DNA from: Candidatus Stygibacter australis
GTDB taxonomy: Bacteria > Cloacimonadota > Cloacimonadia > Cloacimonadales > TCS61
Direction of reading: 5' to 3'
Assembly: GCA_030765845.1 (NCBI GenBank)
Contig: JAVCDJ010000042.1
Span: 2,310-66,309 of the forward strand
DNA length: 64,000 nt
This document shows, piece by piece, positions 49,315 to 58,268 of this stretch. Numbering within the stretch: the first letter of the stretch is position 1; each line of letters begins with the position of its first letter. Under the pieces are notes generated by a model that saw only the letters and a list, made by a program, of their open reading frames with translations, was not told where the DNA came from and ran no database searches. The translations under genes were made by a program, and so were the position numbers.

Positions 49315-50408
49315 TGGCAGAGCTACACATAAATACTAAAAAAATCCTTGATAATATCAGTAAACTTGATGATTATTTGAAAGAGAATGATATCAAGTGG
49401 ACACTGGTTTCTAAGATAATGAGTGGTAACAGAGAAGTATTGGATGTGATCCTTAATAGTCCTGTGATCAAGAATTGTCATTCCATAGGCGATTCACGGC
49501 TTTCCAGTTTGAAAACAATCAAGTCCATACGACCAGATATTATAACAATGTATATCAAGCTTCCATCTATACTCAGTGCACATACAGTAGTTAAATATGC
49601 AGATATTTCTCTGAATTCCTCATATCACACCATAGAGGCATTGAACCGGGAAGCAGTAGCCCAAAATAAAATTCATCGGGTGATAGTAATGGTGGAAATG
49701 GGTGAATTGCGGGAAGGAGTGATCCGGGATAAACTCTTGAAATTCTATGAAAGCGTATTTGATCTTTGCAATATAGAGATAATAGGCTTGGGGACTAATC
49801 TGGGATGCATGTATGGCGTGGAGCCCACTTATGATAAGCTGATCCAGTTATCGCTTTATAAGCAACTGCTGGAGATCAAATTTGACAGAAAGCTGGAGTT
49901 GATCTCTGGTGGTAGTTCGATCACATTACCTTTGATCCGTAAAAAGCGGATTCCCGCTAATTTAAATCATTTAAGAATAGGAGAAGCAGCTTTCATGGGC
50001 AAATCTCCCTTAGATAACCGTAAATTCCGCAATCTTTCTACGAATGCCTTTGAGTTTAAAGCCAATATAATTGAAATGGCGCTAAAGGAAGGTGTTCCTG
50101 ATGGAATAATTGGTGATGGTAATGTGGGACATGCAGAAGGTATTGAGGAAACAGATAATATAGTGGAACAATATCGCATGATCCTTGATTTTGGTTTAGT
50201 AGATGTGGATACTACTCACTTGACGATCAAAGATACAAAGCTATCATTTTCTGGAACTACTTCCGATATGACGGTACTTAATTTCAATAAATCAGAGAAA
50301 TCCATGAGGAATACTTACAAAGATGGGAAGAAAGTGGCTTTTAAACCGGATTATATGGCAGTTGCCAGATTGATGAATTCAGGGTTTATCACAAAGGTAG
50401 TAAAATAG
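49311..50408 (+). CDS. Alanine/ornithine racemase-family PLP enzyme (YhfX/Orr-like TIM barrel)
   Basis: 365 aa. The fold-type III barrel pattern (N-terminal region, VMVEMGELREG, IGLGTNLGC) resembles predicted amino-acid racemases. ATGA overlap with the GNAT stop. Confidence 0.6.
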   Translation: MMAELHINTKKILDNISKLDDYLKENDIKWTLVSKIMSGNREVLDVILNSPVIKNCHSIGDSRLSSLKTIKSIRPDIITMYIKLPSILSAHTVVKYADISLNSSYHTIEALNREAVAQNKIHRVIVMVEMGELREGVIRDKLLKFYESVFDLCNIEIIGLGTNLGCMYGVEPTYDKLIQLSLYKQLLEIKFDRKLELISGGSSITLPLIRKKRIPANLNHLRIGEAAFMGKSPLDNRKFRNLSTNAFEFKANIIEMALKEGVPDGIIGDGNVGHAEGIEETDNIVEQYRMILDFGLVDVDTTHLTIKDTKLSFSGTTSDMTVLNFNKSEKSMRNTYKDGKKVAFKPDYMAVARLMNSGFITKVVK

Positions 50409-50432
50409 AGCTTTCTGAAAACCCCAAATAAT

Positions 50433-50469
50433 AAGGGTGCAGATTACTCTGCACCCTTTATTTATTTCA
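50433..50469. terminator. Bidirectional terminator between the racemase-like gene and glnA
   Basis: 11-bp stem aagggtgcaga / tctgcaccctt (50433-50443/50448-50458), flanked by an A-rich stretch on the left and a T-rich stretch on the right. Confidence 0.8.
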
Positions 50470-50481
50470 ATCAGTTAAAGA

Positions 50482-51906
50482 TCAGACATTAAAATACATA
50501 GCCATTTCCACAGGATTAGGTCTTGAGGTGACTTGATAGATTTCTTTTTTCTTTTCCACGATCCAGCTTTTAATAAGTTCTTTATTGAACACATCCCCAG
50601 CTAAAAGATAATCATGATCTTCTTCCAGAGCGATAAGGGCTTCAGAAAGGCTGGCAGGAACACTGCATAATTTTTTCTGCTGTTCTTCATTCCAGTTGAA
50701 CACGTTATCATCAAAGGGTCCAAAACAATTTTCTGGAGTAGGCATTATCTTATTGATGATCCCGTCTAATCCCGCCATGATCAGGGCGCTGGTAGCCAGA
50801 TAAGGATTGCAGGAAGCATCTCCGGTTCTGAATTCTATTCGCTTAGTATCTTCTGTTGTGGTATATTTGGGGATACGGATCGCTGCGGAACGATTTGCCA
50901 GTCCAAAGAATAACTTTGTGGGTGCTTCAAAACCCGGGAGAAGCCTTTTATAAGAATTTGTGCTGGCATTTGTGAAAGCAGTGAGTGATCTGCCGTGTTT
51001 GAGAATTCCACCAATAAAATAGAGAGCTGTATCGGAAAGATCAGCATAATTACCCTCTTTATAAAAGAGATTTTTTCCATCTTTGCGCAGCTGGATATGG
51101 AAGTGCAATCCATTACCTGCTTCATGATATAAAGGCTTTGCCATCAACGTGGCAACAAGACCATTTCTAAGAGCAACTTCGCGGATAATATCCTTGATAA
51201 AGAGCATTTTATTGGTAACTGTATTAAATTCGATCATCTCTGTTTCAATTTCCTGCTGAGATGCCAGACCCACTTCATGATGATGATAGCGGACAGGGCA
51301 ACCAATAGCTTCAATCAAATTGACCATTTCCTGACGGATATCAGCATATTTATCAAAGGGAGTATCCATGTGATAACCTTTACGGAGATCGCTGGCAGTG
51401 CCGTCATTATCTTCATAATCAGAAGGCAGATGGCGTTTGGTTTCTGCTGAAGTGAATTCAAATCCGGCAGCATAATCTTCATTATAGTAATACGCTTCAT
51501 CAAAGAGATAAAATTCAAATTCAGGTATCCAGTATGATTCATCAGCAATACCAGTGGATTTCATATATTGCACGGTGCGTTTGGCAACACTGCGGGGATC
51601 TTTTTTCACCCCGATTCGGGTGTCTGCATCGCAGATATATGCCAGTATACGCAATTGGCGGTGTTCACTGAATGGATCAATAACAGCAGTGTCAAGGTCT
51701 GGAATCAGAACCATATCACCAGCTTCCACAACTTTCATGCCAGGAATACTTGAGCCGTCAAAAGGAATTCCTTCCTGCATGATCATTTCCAGACTTCTGG
51801 CTGGAAAGGTGATATGATAACCGCTACCTTTTAAATCCGTGTATTTGAGATCAATCGCTGTTATCTGGTGTTTCTCAATCAATTGCAAAACTTCTTTAAG
51901 GTCCAT
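50482..51906 (-). CDS. glnA: Glutamine synthetase, type I
   Basis: 474 aa. Beta-grasp N-terminus (DLKYTDLKGSGYHITFP), the HHHEV segment, and NGLHFHIQL. Confidence 0.94.
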   Translation of the reverse strand: MDLKEVLQLIEKHQITAIDLKYTDLKGSGYHITFPARSLEMIMQEGIPFDGSSIPGMKVVEAGDMVLIPDLDTAVIDPFSEHRQLRILAYICDADTRIGVKKDPRSVAKRTVQYMKSTGIADESYWIPEFEFYLFDEAYYYNEDYAAGFEFTSAETKRHLPSDYEDNDGTASDLRKGYHMDTPFDKYADIRQEMVNLIEAIGCPVRYHHHEVGLASQQEIETEMIEFNTVTNKMLFIKDIIREVALRNGLVATLMAKPLYHEAGNGLHFHIQLRKDGKNLFYKEGNYADLSDTALYFIGGILKHGRSLTAFTNASTNSYKRLLPGFEAPTKLFFGLANRSAAIRIPKYTTTEDTKRIEFRTGDASCNPYLATSALIMAGLDGIINKIMPTPENCFGPFDDNVFNWNEEQQKKLCSVPASLSEALIALEEDHDYLLAGDVFNKELIKSWIVEKKKEIYQVTSRPNPVEMAMYFNV

Positions 51907-51934
51907 AGTTTACTTCTCCTAATATATTATATAA

Positions 51935-52573
51935 TTATCTTAATAGTAAGTTGATAAAGAAGCTCAAAGGAACTTCAATAATTGATCTGATCAATCCCAG
52001 ACGCAAAATATAATCAGCGGCAAATATTATCATCAGGATCATTGCACCTTGACGTTCTTTTGCTGTATATCTAGCATATTGCTGATCAGTGAGAAACCCA
52101 CCTAAAATCTTAGAACCATCCAAGGGTGGGAGAGGTATCAGATTAAAAAGTCCCAGGGCAAGATTTATCAGGATTGCATAATATAAAGCGAAAAACACAG
52201 TTTGATTGAAACCGGCCATCAGCTTCTCAGCAGGAATAATGCCTTGCAATATATGAAAAAAGATAGATAATATGATCGCAATTAAAAAATTGGAAATTGG
52301 ACCCGCTGCTGCCGTGATAGCAGTATCACGCTTATAATTCTTGAAATTATAAGGATTGATCGGAACGGGCTTTGCCCAGCCGATGTGGGCGATAAAAAGC
52401 ATCAGCAATCCTATGGGATCGATATGAGAGATGGGGTTCAGAGTAAGTCTGCCGGCTCGTTTGGCAGTGTCATCACCCAGATAATAAGCAGTTATGCCAT
52501 GGCTGAATTCGTGTATTGTCAATGAAAACAGCAGAATTGGTATTTGATATAGTAAACCTGTGATAGTGTTCAT
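51935..52573 (-). CDS. Site-2 protease family (peptidase M50) membrane metalloprotease
   Basis: HEFSHG zinc motif in TM1, polytopic, with the NLIPLPPLDG second motif. Confidence 0.85.
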   Translation of the reverse strand: MNTITGLLYQIPILLFSLTIHEFSHGITAYYLGDDTAKRAGRLTLNPISHIDPIGLLMLFIAHIGWAKPVPINPYNFKNYKRDTAITAAAGPISNFLIAIILSIFFHILQGIIPAEKLMAGFNQTVFFALYYAILINLALGLFNLIPLPPLDGSKILGGFLTDQQYARYTAKERQGAMILMIIFAADYILRLGLIRSIIEVPLSFFINLLLR

Positions 52574-52585
52574 GAATTCCTCACT

Positions 52586-53779
52586 TTAGATTGTGATCTT
52601 GATAAATCTCCGCTTTCCTACTTTGATAATTACTGGTTTCGTAAGCTCCAGATCAAAGTCTTTTATTTTTTCATTATCTATTGATATTGCGTTTTGTTTG
52701 ATCAGTCTTTTTACTTCTCCATTGCTGGCGCATAATCCGGCATCAACCAGTACTTCAGTAATTTTTGCTGGTGGGGTTATCTGATATTCTGGCATTTCAT
52801 CAGGGATTTTTTTCTTACTAAATACGGTATTGAAATGTTCTTCTGCTTCCAGAGCCTGATCTTTGCCATGATACATGCCCACAATTTCCCGGGCAAGGCG
52901 CTGCTTGATCAATTTGGGATTTGTCTTTCCTGCTTTCAGTTCTTTTTCTACCTCAGCAACTTCATCTGGTCCCAGAGGAGAAGCATAATTAAAGTAATTG
53001 ATGATCAGTTCATCAGGGATAGACATCACTTTACCATATTTATCCTGAGGTGTGTCATATACTGCAATATAATTTTCCAGAGATTTCCCCATTTTATTAA
53101 CGCCATCAGTACCCATAAGTATGGGGGAAAGTATGGCGATTTGCTGTTCCTGACCAAAATAGCGTTGCATGTCTCTACCGCATAAGATATTAAATTTCTG
53201 CTCAGTTGCTCCCAGCTCTACATCAGCATTGATGGCAACAGAATCGTAACTTTGCAGGATAGGATACATGATTTCATGCATACCCAGAGTTAACCCTTCT
53301 TCATATCTGCGCCGGAAAGTGTCGTGTGCCATGAATTGAGCCAGGGTCCACTTTCCCATCAGCTTCAATACGTCACTCATGCTCATATTACCAAACCATT
53401 CGGTCTGCCAGCGTACTTCAGTTTTATTTTTATCCAGAACAGTGTAAAGCTGATCCATGTATTTTTCAGCATTCTTTTTCACATCATCAGCGGTGAGGGG
53501 AGGACGAGAATCATCTCTGCCGGTGGGATCACCAATCTGAGCAGTAAAATCACCAATAATGATCACGCCAGTATGACCCATATCCTGAAAATTACGCATC
53601 TTGCGGATAGGAACCAGATGTCCGATATGAACATCAGAGCCAGTGGGATCAATACCATATTTTATACGTAATGGTTTTCCTGTTTTAGCTGATTTTTCCA
53701 GTTTCTTCAATAACTCTTCTTCAGGGATGATTTCTTCAACTCCCTGACGAATTAATTTCATCTCCTCGGCAAATTTCAT
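52586..53779 (-). CDS. tyrS: Tyrosyl-tRNA synthetase
   Basis: HIGH-type motif DVHIGHLV, KMSKS-type motif KMGKS, and a C-terminal S4-like domain. Confidence 0.94.
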   Translation of the reverse strand: MKFAEEMKLIRQGVEEIIPEEELLKKLEKSAKTGKPLRIKYGIDPTGSDVHIGHLVPIRKMRNFQDMGHTGVIIIGDFTAQIGDPTGRDDSRPPLTADDVKKNAEKYMDQLYTVLDKNKTEVRWQTEWFGNMSMSDVLKLMGKWTLAQFMAHDTFRRRYEEGLTLGMHEIMYPILQSYDSVAINADVELGATEQKFNILCGRDMQRYFGQEQQIAILSPILMGTDGVNKMGKSLENYIAVYDTPQDKYGKVMSIPDELIINYFNYASPLGPDEVAEVEKELKAGKTNPKLIKQRLAREIVGMYHGKDQALEAEEHFNTVFSKKKIPDEMPEYQITPPAKITEVLVDAGLCASNGEVKRLIKQNAISIDNEKIKDFDLELTKPVIIKVGKRRFIKITI

Positions 53780-53870
53780 CTTCTTTCCTTCAATTTTTTA
53801 TAGAGGGTCAAAATTGCTCTATCAATATACTTGTCAATTATGTTAGCTAATGCAGTTAATTTTTTTATAC

Positions 53871-54797
53871 TTATACCAGATTAATATAGTCCTGCAGAGG
53901 GTGATCAAAGATATTCAGTCGAAACTCTTGGGATAGTATTTCGGAAACAGAACGGTAGAATAATGCGGGAGTGTTATTAACCAGGTAATAAAATCTTCCA
54001 TCCTCTTCATATATGGGATTTTCCAGATCAGTAAAATGTGTTCCGGCAAAGGTGATACCAGGATCTCCAGCAGCGTCTATCAGCAGGCATCCGGGTTTAA
54101 GCTGACGTTGATCTTCAAGGGTTAATACTGGCTGTGAGGGGTCATCAAGCTTGATGCCTGAAACTATGATGTCCCAGATGCCAAGTGAATATTTGAAGTC
54201 TTTTAAGGTTCTACGGTAGAACATTCTCACTTTTGCTCCTAACTGCGATGCAAATTTAAATGAACCTTGAGCCACATTGCCAGTACCCAGGACGGCAATG
54301 CGGGTTTGGGGACTGATCAGTATCCCGTGTGACATAGTGGCATGATAGATGGCAGCATAACCTGCCATCAAAGAATTTTCCCAACTGAAATAATCCTGAA
54401 CCCATTTAACCGGTAATATCTTATCCCGGTGAAAGAGCCTTGTTTTGATGTCAGTATCTAATATAAAAAGATCTTTTTCCAGAAATAGAGTATCATAAAA
54501 ATGCTTTCCAGCTGATTGAGGTTGTATCCAGCCAATGAAAACCTGGCGGTCTCGGACGTGTTCATAATCTTCTTTTTCAATTGGTTTCAAACTGAAAATA
54601 CCGTCACAGGTTGCAAATATCTCTTCTCTCTGGCGCATTCTGGCACCACGATTGATATATTCCACATCTTCAATTCCTAAAGAATCTCCGTATCCCCTCT
54701 CAAAATAGAGTTCGTCTACTATTCCACCAAGATCCTGTGGTAAAAGAACAACCCTTTTTTCTCCGGGTGTTTTAGGTTTAATAAATCCGACTTTCAT
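53871..54797 (-). CDS. Alanine-dehydrogenase/PNT-fold NAD(P) enzyme resembling N5-(carboxyethyl)ornithine synthase
   Basis: About 308 aa. MKVGFIKPKTPGEKRVVLLPQD N-terminus and the Rossmann motif IAVLGTGNVAQGSF. Length and motif order match my recollection of CEOS. The assignment is tentative. Confidence 0.5.
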   Translation of the reverse strand: MKVGFIKPKTPGEKRVVLLPQDLGGIVDELYFERGYGDSLGIEDVEYINRGARMRQREEIFATCDGIFSLKPIEKEDYEHVRDRQVFIGWIQPQSAGKHFYDTLFLEKDLFILDTDIKTRLFHRDKILPVKWVQDYFSWENSLMAGYAAIYHATMSHGILISPQTRIAVLGTGNVAQGSFKFASQLGAKVRMFYRRTLKDFKYSLGIWDIIVSGIKLDDPSQPVLTLEDQRQLKPGCLLIDAAGDPGITFAGTHFTDLENPIYEEDGRFYYLVNNTPALFYRSVSEILSQEFRLNIFDHPLQDYINLV

Positions 54798-54928
54798 ATC
54801 CTATACTCCCTGAAATTAATATTTTCTTCTGTTAGTTTTTTTGTCAATTCAATCTCTTAATAAAAAGTTGTTGTCAGGAAAACTAATTCTTTATTCGTGG
54901 ATAAATTCTATATTAGGAGAACAAAATA

Positions 54929-55308
54929 ATGGATCTTATTCCAAAGCTTGAGAAGAGTATATTATTTCTGCAGGGCTTTCAGCAGCATCTATAAGTGGGT
55001 TTATCCGCAGCCATGAAAGTGGAGAACCTTTGCCCTATGCAAATGTTGTGCTGATAGACAAAAAAACCGGAACTCAATCAATGCTAAAATGATATTTTGT
55101 GATCCCGATAAATGAACCGGGAGAATACAAGCTGCTGTTCAATCAGATATCCTATAAACCACAGACAATAGAATTAAATTTCACTGATCTGATGGAGAGT
55201 AAGATAATCAATATTGATCTAGTGCGTGAAGCTGTTGAGATAGAAGGCGGTATCGGCTATTTTGGTTCAGTAGCAGGAGAAGATTTCTATACAAAAGTAA
55301 CTAAATAG
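54929..55308 (+). pseudogene. Remnant of a TonB-dependent-receptor-like gene (CarboxypepD_reg N-terminal domain only)
   Basis: Single frame reads ..SAASISGFIRSHESGEPLPYANVVLIDKKTGTQSMLK*YFVIPINEPGEYKLLFNQISYKPQTIELNF. There is an in-frame TGA at 55090-55092, a frameshift relative to the only upstream ATG (54929), and the ORF ends at 55308 with no plug or barrel domain. Confidence 0.62.
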
Positions 55309-55333
55309 CATGGTATTAACAGAAAAGTAGGAC

Positions 55334-55486
55334 GTGCACCGCTAACGGTACTCCGGAAGTGGGGCGAGAACTACGGGCGTTTATTAGCAGCAATTTCTTA
55401 TTTTACACCACAGCTATATTATTTTCAGTGATTGGGTGATAGTGGTCGTTATCTGGGCCTCACCTGGAAATACCCGGCGGTGCACA
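55334..55486. ncRNA. GC-rich ~150-nt rod-like imperfect hairpin; candidate structured RNA or MITE (unclassified)
   Basis: Closing stem GTGCACCGC / GCGGTGCAC (55334-55342/55478-55486) extends with bulges to about 25 bp. Apical stem accac..ctat / atagtggt. GC is clearly above the local background. Strand and class are unknown. Confidence 0.35.
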
Positions 55487-55633
55487 TATAACTTAGCAGC
55501 GGACTCATTTTTAATTTCGGGGGATGCGTGATTTGTGCAAATTAGAAATTGTACTTCTAATCTGCACGGATTTTTAACTAATGACAATTATCTGCTTGAC
55601 AGTTACACCTGTAATTAAGGTAAAAATATATCA

Positions 55634-57469
55634 ATGAATAAATATGATGTAATAGTAGTAGGAGCCGGACATGCCGGTATTGAAGCTGCATCGGCTGCTG
55701 CACGTATGGGAGCCAGCACGCTTCTTTTTGTGATCAAGCTGGAAAGCATTGCCCGGATGAGCTGTAATCCTACGATAGGCGGACCTGCAAAAGGTCATCT
55801 TGCCCGTGAGATCGATGCACTGGGTGGTCTCATCGGGATGGCTGCTGATGTCACAGGTATCCAGTTTCGCATGCTTAACCGCAAGAAAGGTCCTGCTGTA
55901 TGGGCACCACGCTGCCAGAATGACCGCGGATTATATACCCGTTTCATCACGGAAGAGCTTGAAAATACGCCTAACCTTTTGATCATTGAATCCACGATTG
56001 ATGACATTTTGGTGAAAGATGATCAGGTTACAGGGGTTCGCTCTCATCTGGGAGAAGAATATTTTGCTCCCCGCGTGATCATTACCACCGGCACTTTCCT
56101 GCGTGGCAAGGTGTTTGTGGGTGATGTGTCCTATAGTGCCGGCAGGGCAGGAGAACCTTCAGCAGACAAGCTTTCGCTTTCGCTGGAGAAATTAGGTTTA
56201 CACCTGGCAAGATTTAAAACAGGTACGCCTCCCCGCATAGATATCAGAACCGCTGATATCAGCAGGATGGAACTCCAGCCAGGAGATGAAAATCCTACTG
56301 GATTTTCATATTACCGTGATATTGAGCTGAAAAATCTCGTTGATTGCTACCTCACCTGGACGAATCTTACTACACACCAGATCATCAGTTCAAACCTTGA
56401 TAAATCCTCGCTTTACGGTGGGTTTATAAGTGGCACAGGTCCCCGCTATTGTCCCTCTATTGAAGATAAAGTTGTTAAATTCTCCACCAAGGAGCATCAT
56501 CACGTATTTATAGAACCAGAAGGTTTGCACACTTATGAAGCGTATGTGAATGGAGTATCAAACAGTCTTCCACCGCATATCCAGGAAAAGATGATAGCCT
56601 CTATCACGGGACTTGAAAATGCCAAAATCATGCGCTATGGATATGCCATAGAATATGATTATGTTATCCCTGACAGCCTCACCCCCACGATGGAAACCAA
56701 AAGGGTGAAGGGACTTTATCTGGCAGGTCAGATAAATGGCACCAGCGGTTATGAAGAAGCTGCTGCTCAAGGCATTGCTGCCGGTATTAATGCCGTAGTC
56801 AGTCTGGATAATAAACCTCCGATCATTTTTGACCGCTCCCAAAGCTATCTTGGTGTTCTCCTTGATGACCTGGTGACCAAAGGCACAAATGAACCTTATC
56901 GCCTCTTTACTTCCCGCTCAGAATACCGTCTTTTTTTGCGGCAGGATAATGCCGATGAACGTATGATGCCTTTGGGATATAAACTGGGACTGGTTAGTGA
57001 TACCCGTTGGCAAAGATATCAGCAGGTGCAAAAGGTGATGGAGCGTGAAATGCATTATCTGGAAAAGAATAATACCACCATTAACGATCAGCTTTCTGAA
57101 CCCACCCGACTGGTAAATCTTCTCAAACGTCCCCAGATGAAATTTAGCGACCTGCAGAATTTCGGCTACACTATTCCTGAAGATATCACACCAGATATTG
57201 CCAACAGGATTCTGCTCAAAGTAAAATATGCCGGATATTTCAAGCGTCAAATGCGGGATATTGTCCGCTTCAATAAAATGGAACAATCAGAATTGCCTAC
57301 TGATCTGGATTATATGAAAATTGAAAGTATCGCCTGGGAAGCGCGAGAAAAAATGAACAGGGTCAAACCCCTCTCAATTGGACAGGCTGCCAGAATTCCC
57401 GGGGTGAATATTACCGATATTAATGCCCTTATCATTTATCTAAAAAAAATTGCCAAGGAGAGCCGATGA
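55634..57469 (+). CDS. mnmG: tRNA uridine 5-carboxymethylaminomethyl modification enzyme MnmG (GidA)
   Basis: YDVIVVGAGHAGIEAA FAD motif. 611 aa and collinear with GidA. An origin-proximal location is typical. Confidence 0.97.
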   Translation: MNKYDVIVVGAGHAGIEAASAAARMGASTLLFVIKLESIARMSCNPTIGGPAKGHLAREIDALGGLIGMAADVTGIQFRMLNRKKGPAVWAPRCQNDRGLYTRFITEELENTPNLLIIESTIDDILVKDDQVTGVRSHLGEEYFAPRVIITTGTFLRGKVFVGDVSYSAGRAGEPSADKLSLSLEKLGLHLARFKTGTPPRIDIRTADISRMELQPGDENPTGFSYYRDIELKNLVDCYLTWTNLTTHQIISSNLDKSSLYGGFISGTGPRYCPSIEDKVVKFSTKEHHHVFIEPEGLHTYEAYVNGVSNSLPPHIQEKMIASITGLENAKIMRYGYAIEYDYVIPDSLTPTMETKRVKGLYLAGQINGTSGYEEAAAQGIAAGINAVVSLDNKPPIIFDRSQSYLGVLLDDLVTKGTNEPYRLFTSRSEYRLFLRQDNADERMMPLGYKLGLVSDTRWQRYQQVQKVMEREMHYLEKNNTTINDQLSEPTRLVNLLKRPQMKFSDLQNFGYTIPEDITPDIANRILLKVKYAGYFKRQMRDIVRFNKMEQSELPTDLDYMKIESIAWEAREKMNRVKPLSIGQAARIPGVNITDINALIIYLKKIAKESR

Positions 57470-58266
57470 GAAGATTATTTCTGATTTTAATAATAATTCC
57501 ACTCCTTACCGGTTGTGCCTCTCAGCCCCGGAAAGCAGTTATTCCAGAAGCTCCGGTTGGACGCTATCTGAAAATACCTCAATGGTTTATAAATATACCC
57601 GAAGGTGATTTCACGTTCGGTTTTGCCAAACTTACAGTTAATAAAGAAGCGATGATGATCTCAGCACTTCAGGATGCAACAGTTACATATTGCCGCAACC
57701 ATAATTGTTATGTGGTAAATAAAAGAGCTATCCGCGATACCCAGATAGGTGCTGGCTCTGGTGAACAGGAATTTCAGGTAATAGTTTCCAGCGAGCCTCA
57801 ACAATTATATGATATCAGGGACAGACTCCAACTTCTCGATTATTTCTGGTTTTATGATAATTTTATTGGTATCTTTTCCTTAGGTCAAACGCAGATAGAT
57901 TCCACCCGGATTGATATCTGGTGTGAAGAAGCATATCCCGGCTCAAATCCTGAATGGTATATTGGTGATCTCATAGTAGAAGAAGAGCAAGTATTATGTG
58001 ATGTCCATACCACTTCTTCTGATCTGATTGATGCCTGGCAAAAGGCTGTCGATAAAGGTAGAGTGAAGCTCGCTGGATATAATAAAATAAAAGTGGATGC
58101 CTCAGTATGGCATATTAATAATGAACGAGATAAACTGATCTCTCTGGAAACCAGCCTCAAAATGAACCAGATTGAGATTGATAAAATATATTTCCGCAGA
58201 TATTATGGCAGTGGTGGACCAGCCTATTCAGTCTGGCTGCGCATGTCTATGGAAAAGGGTGTATAA
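57466..58266 (+). CDS. Putative lipoprotein, unknown function
   Basis: Lipobox PLLTGCAS. 4-nt overlap with the mnmG stop. Confidence 0.55.
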   Translation: MRRLFLILIIIPLLTGCASQPRKAVIPEAPVGRYLKIPQWFINIPEGDFTFGFAKLTVNKEAMMISALQDATVTYCRNHNCYVVNKRAIRDTQIGAGSGEQEFQVIVSSEPQQLYDIRDRLQLLDYFWFYDNFIGIFSLGQTQIDSTRIDIWCEEAYPGSNPEWYIGDLIVEEEQVLCDVHTTSSDLIDAWQKAVDKGRVKLAGYNKIKVDASVWHINNERDKLISLETSLKMNQIEIDKIYFRRYYGSGGPAYSVWLRMSMEKGV

Positions 58267-58268
58267 AT

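Noticed and set aside
53780-53870. A T-box leader upstream of tyrS.
   Set aside because: Only about 90 nt are available and there is no T-box consensus or terminator/antiterminator pair. T-box leaders need roughly 200 nt or more.
55090-55092. In-frame TGA at an expected Gly position, which could indicate genetic code 25 (UGA read as Gly) or selenocysteine.
   Set aside because: TGA is used as a genuine stop for well-supported genes in this window, for example smpB at 24015-24017, paralog B at 5583-5585 and the orphan gene at 6462-6464. The surrounding gene is also frameshifted and truncated, so an ordinary nonsense mutation in a pseudogene is the better explanation.
55099-55308. The 69-aa ORF as a stand-alone gene.
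   Set aside because: It is the downstream part of the same reading frame as the upstream CarboxypepD_reg-like sequence, separated only by the TGA at 55090-55092. It is part of the receptor pseudogene.
55309-55633. RNase P RNA, SRP RNA or a known riboswitch in the GC-rich region upstream of mnmG. The same check was made in the other long spacers (5586-6070, 7443-8042 and 58989-59581).
   Set aside because: I could not find the diagnostic motifs: GAGGAAAGTCC/ACAGAA for RNase P and the GGAAGCAGC-type domain IV for SRP. Only an unclassified hairpin is reported.
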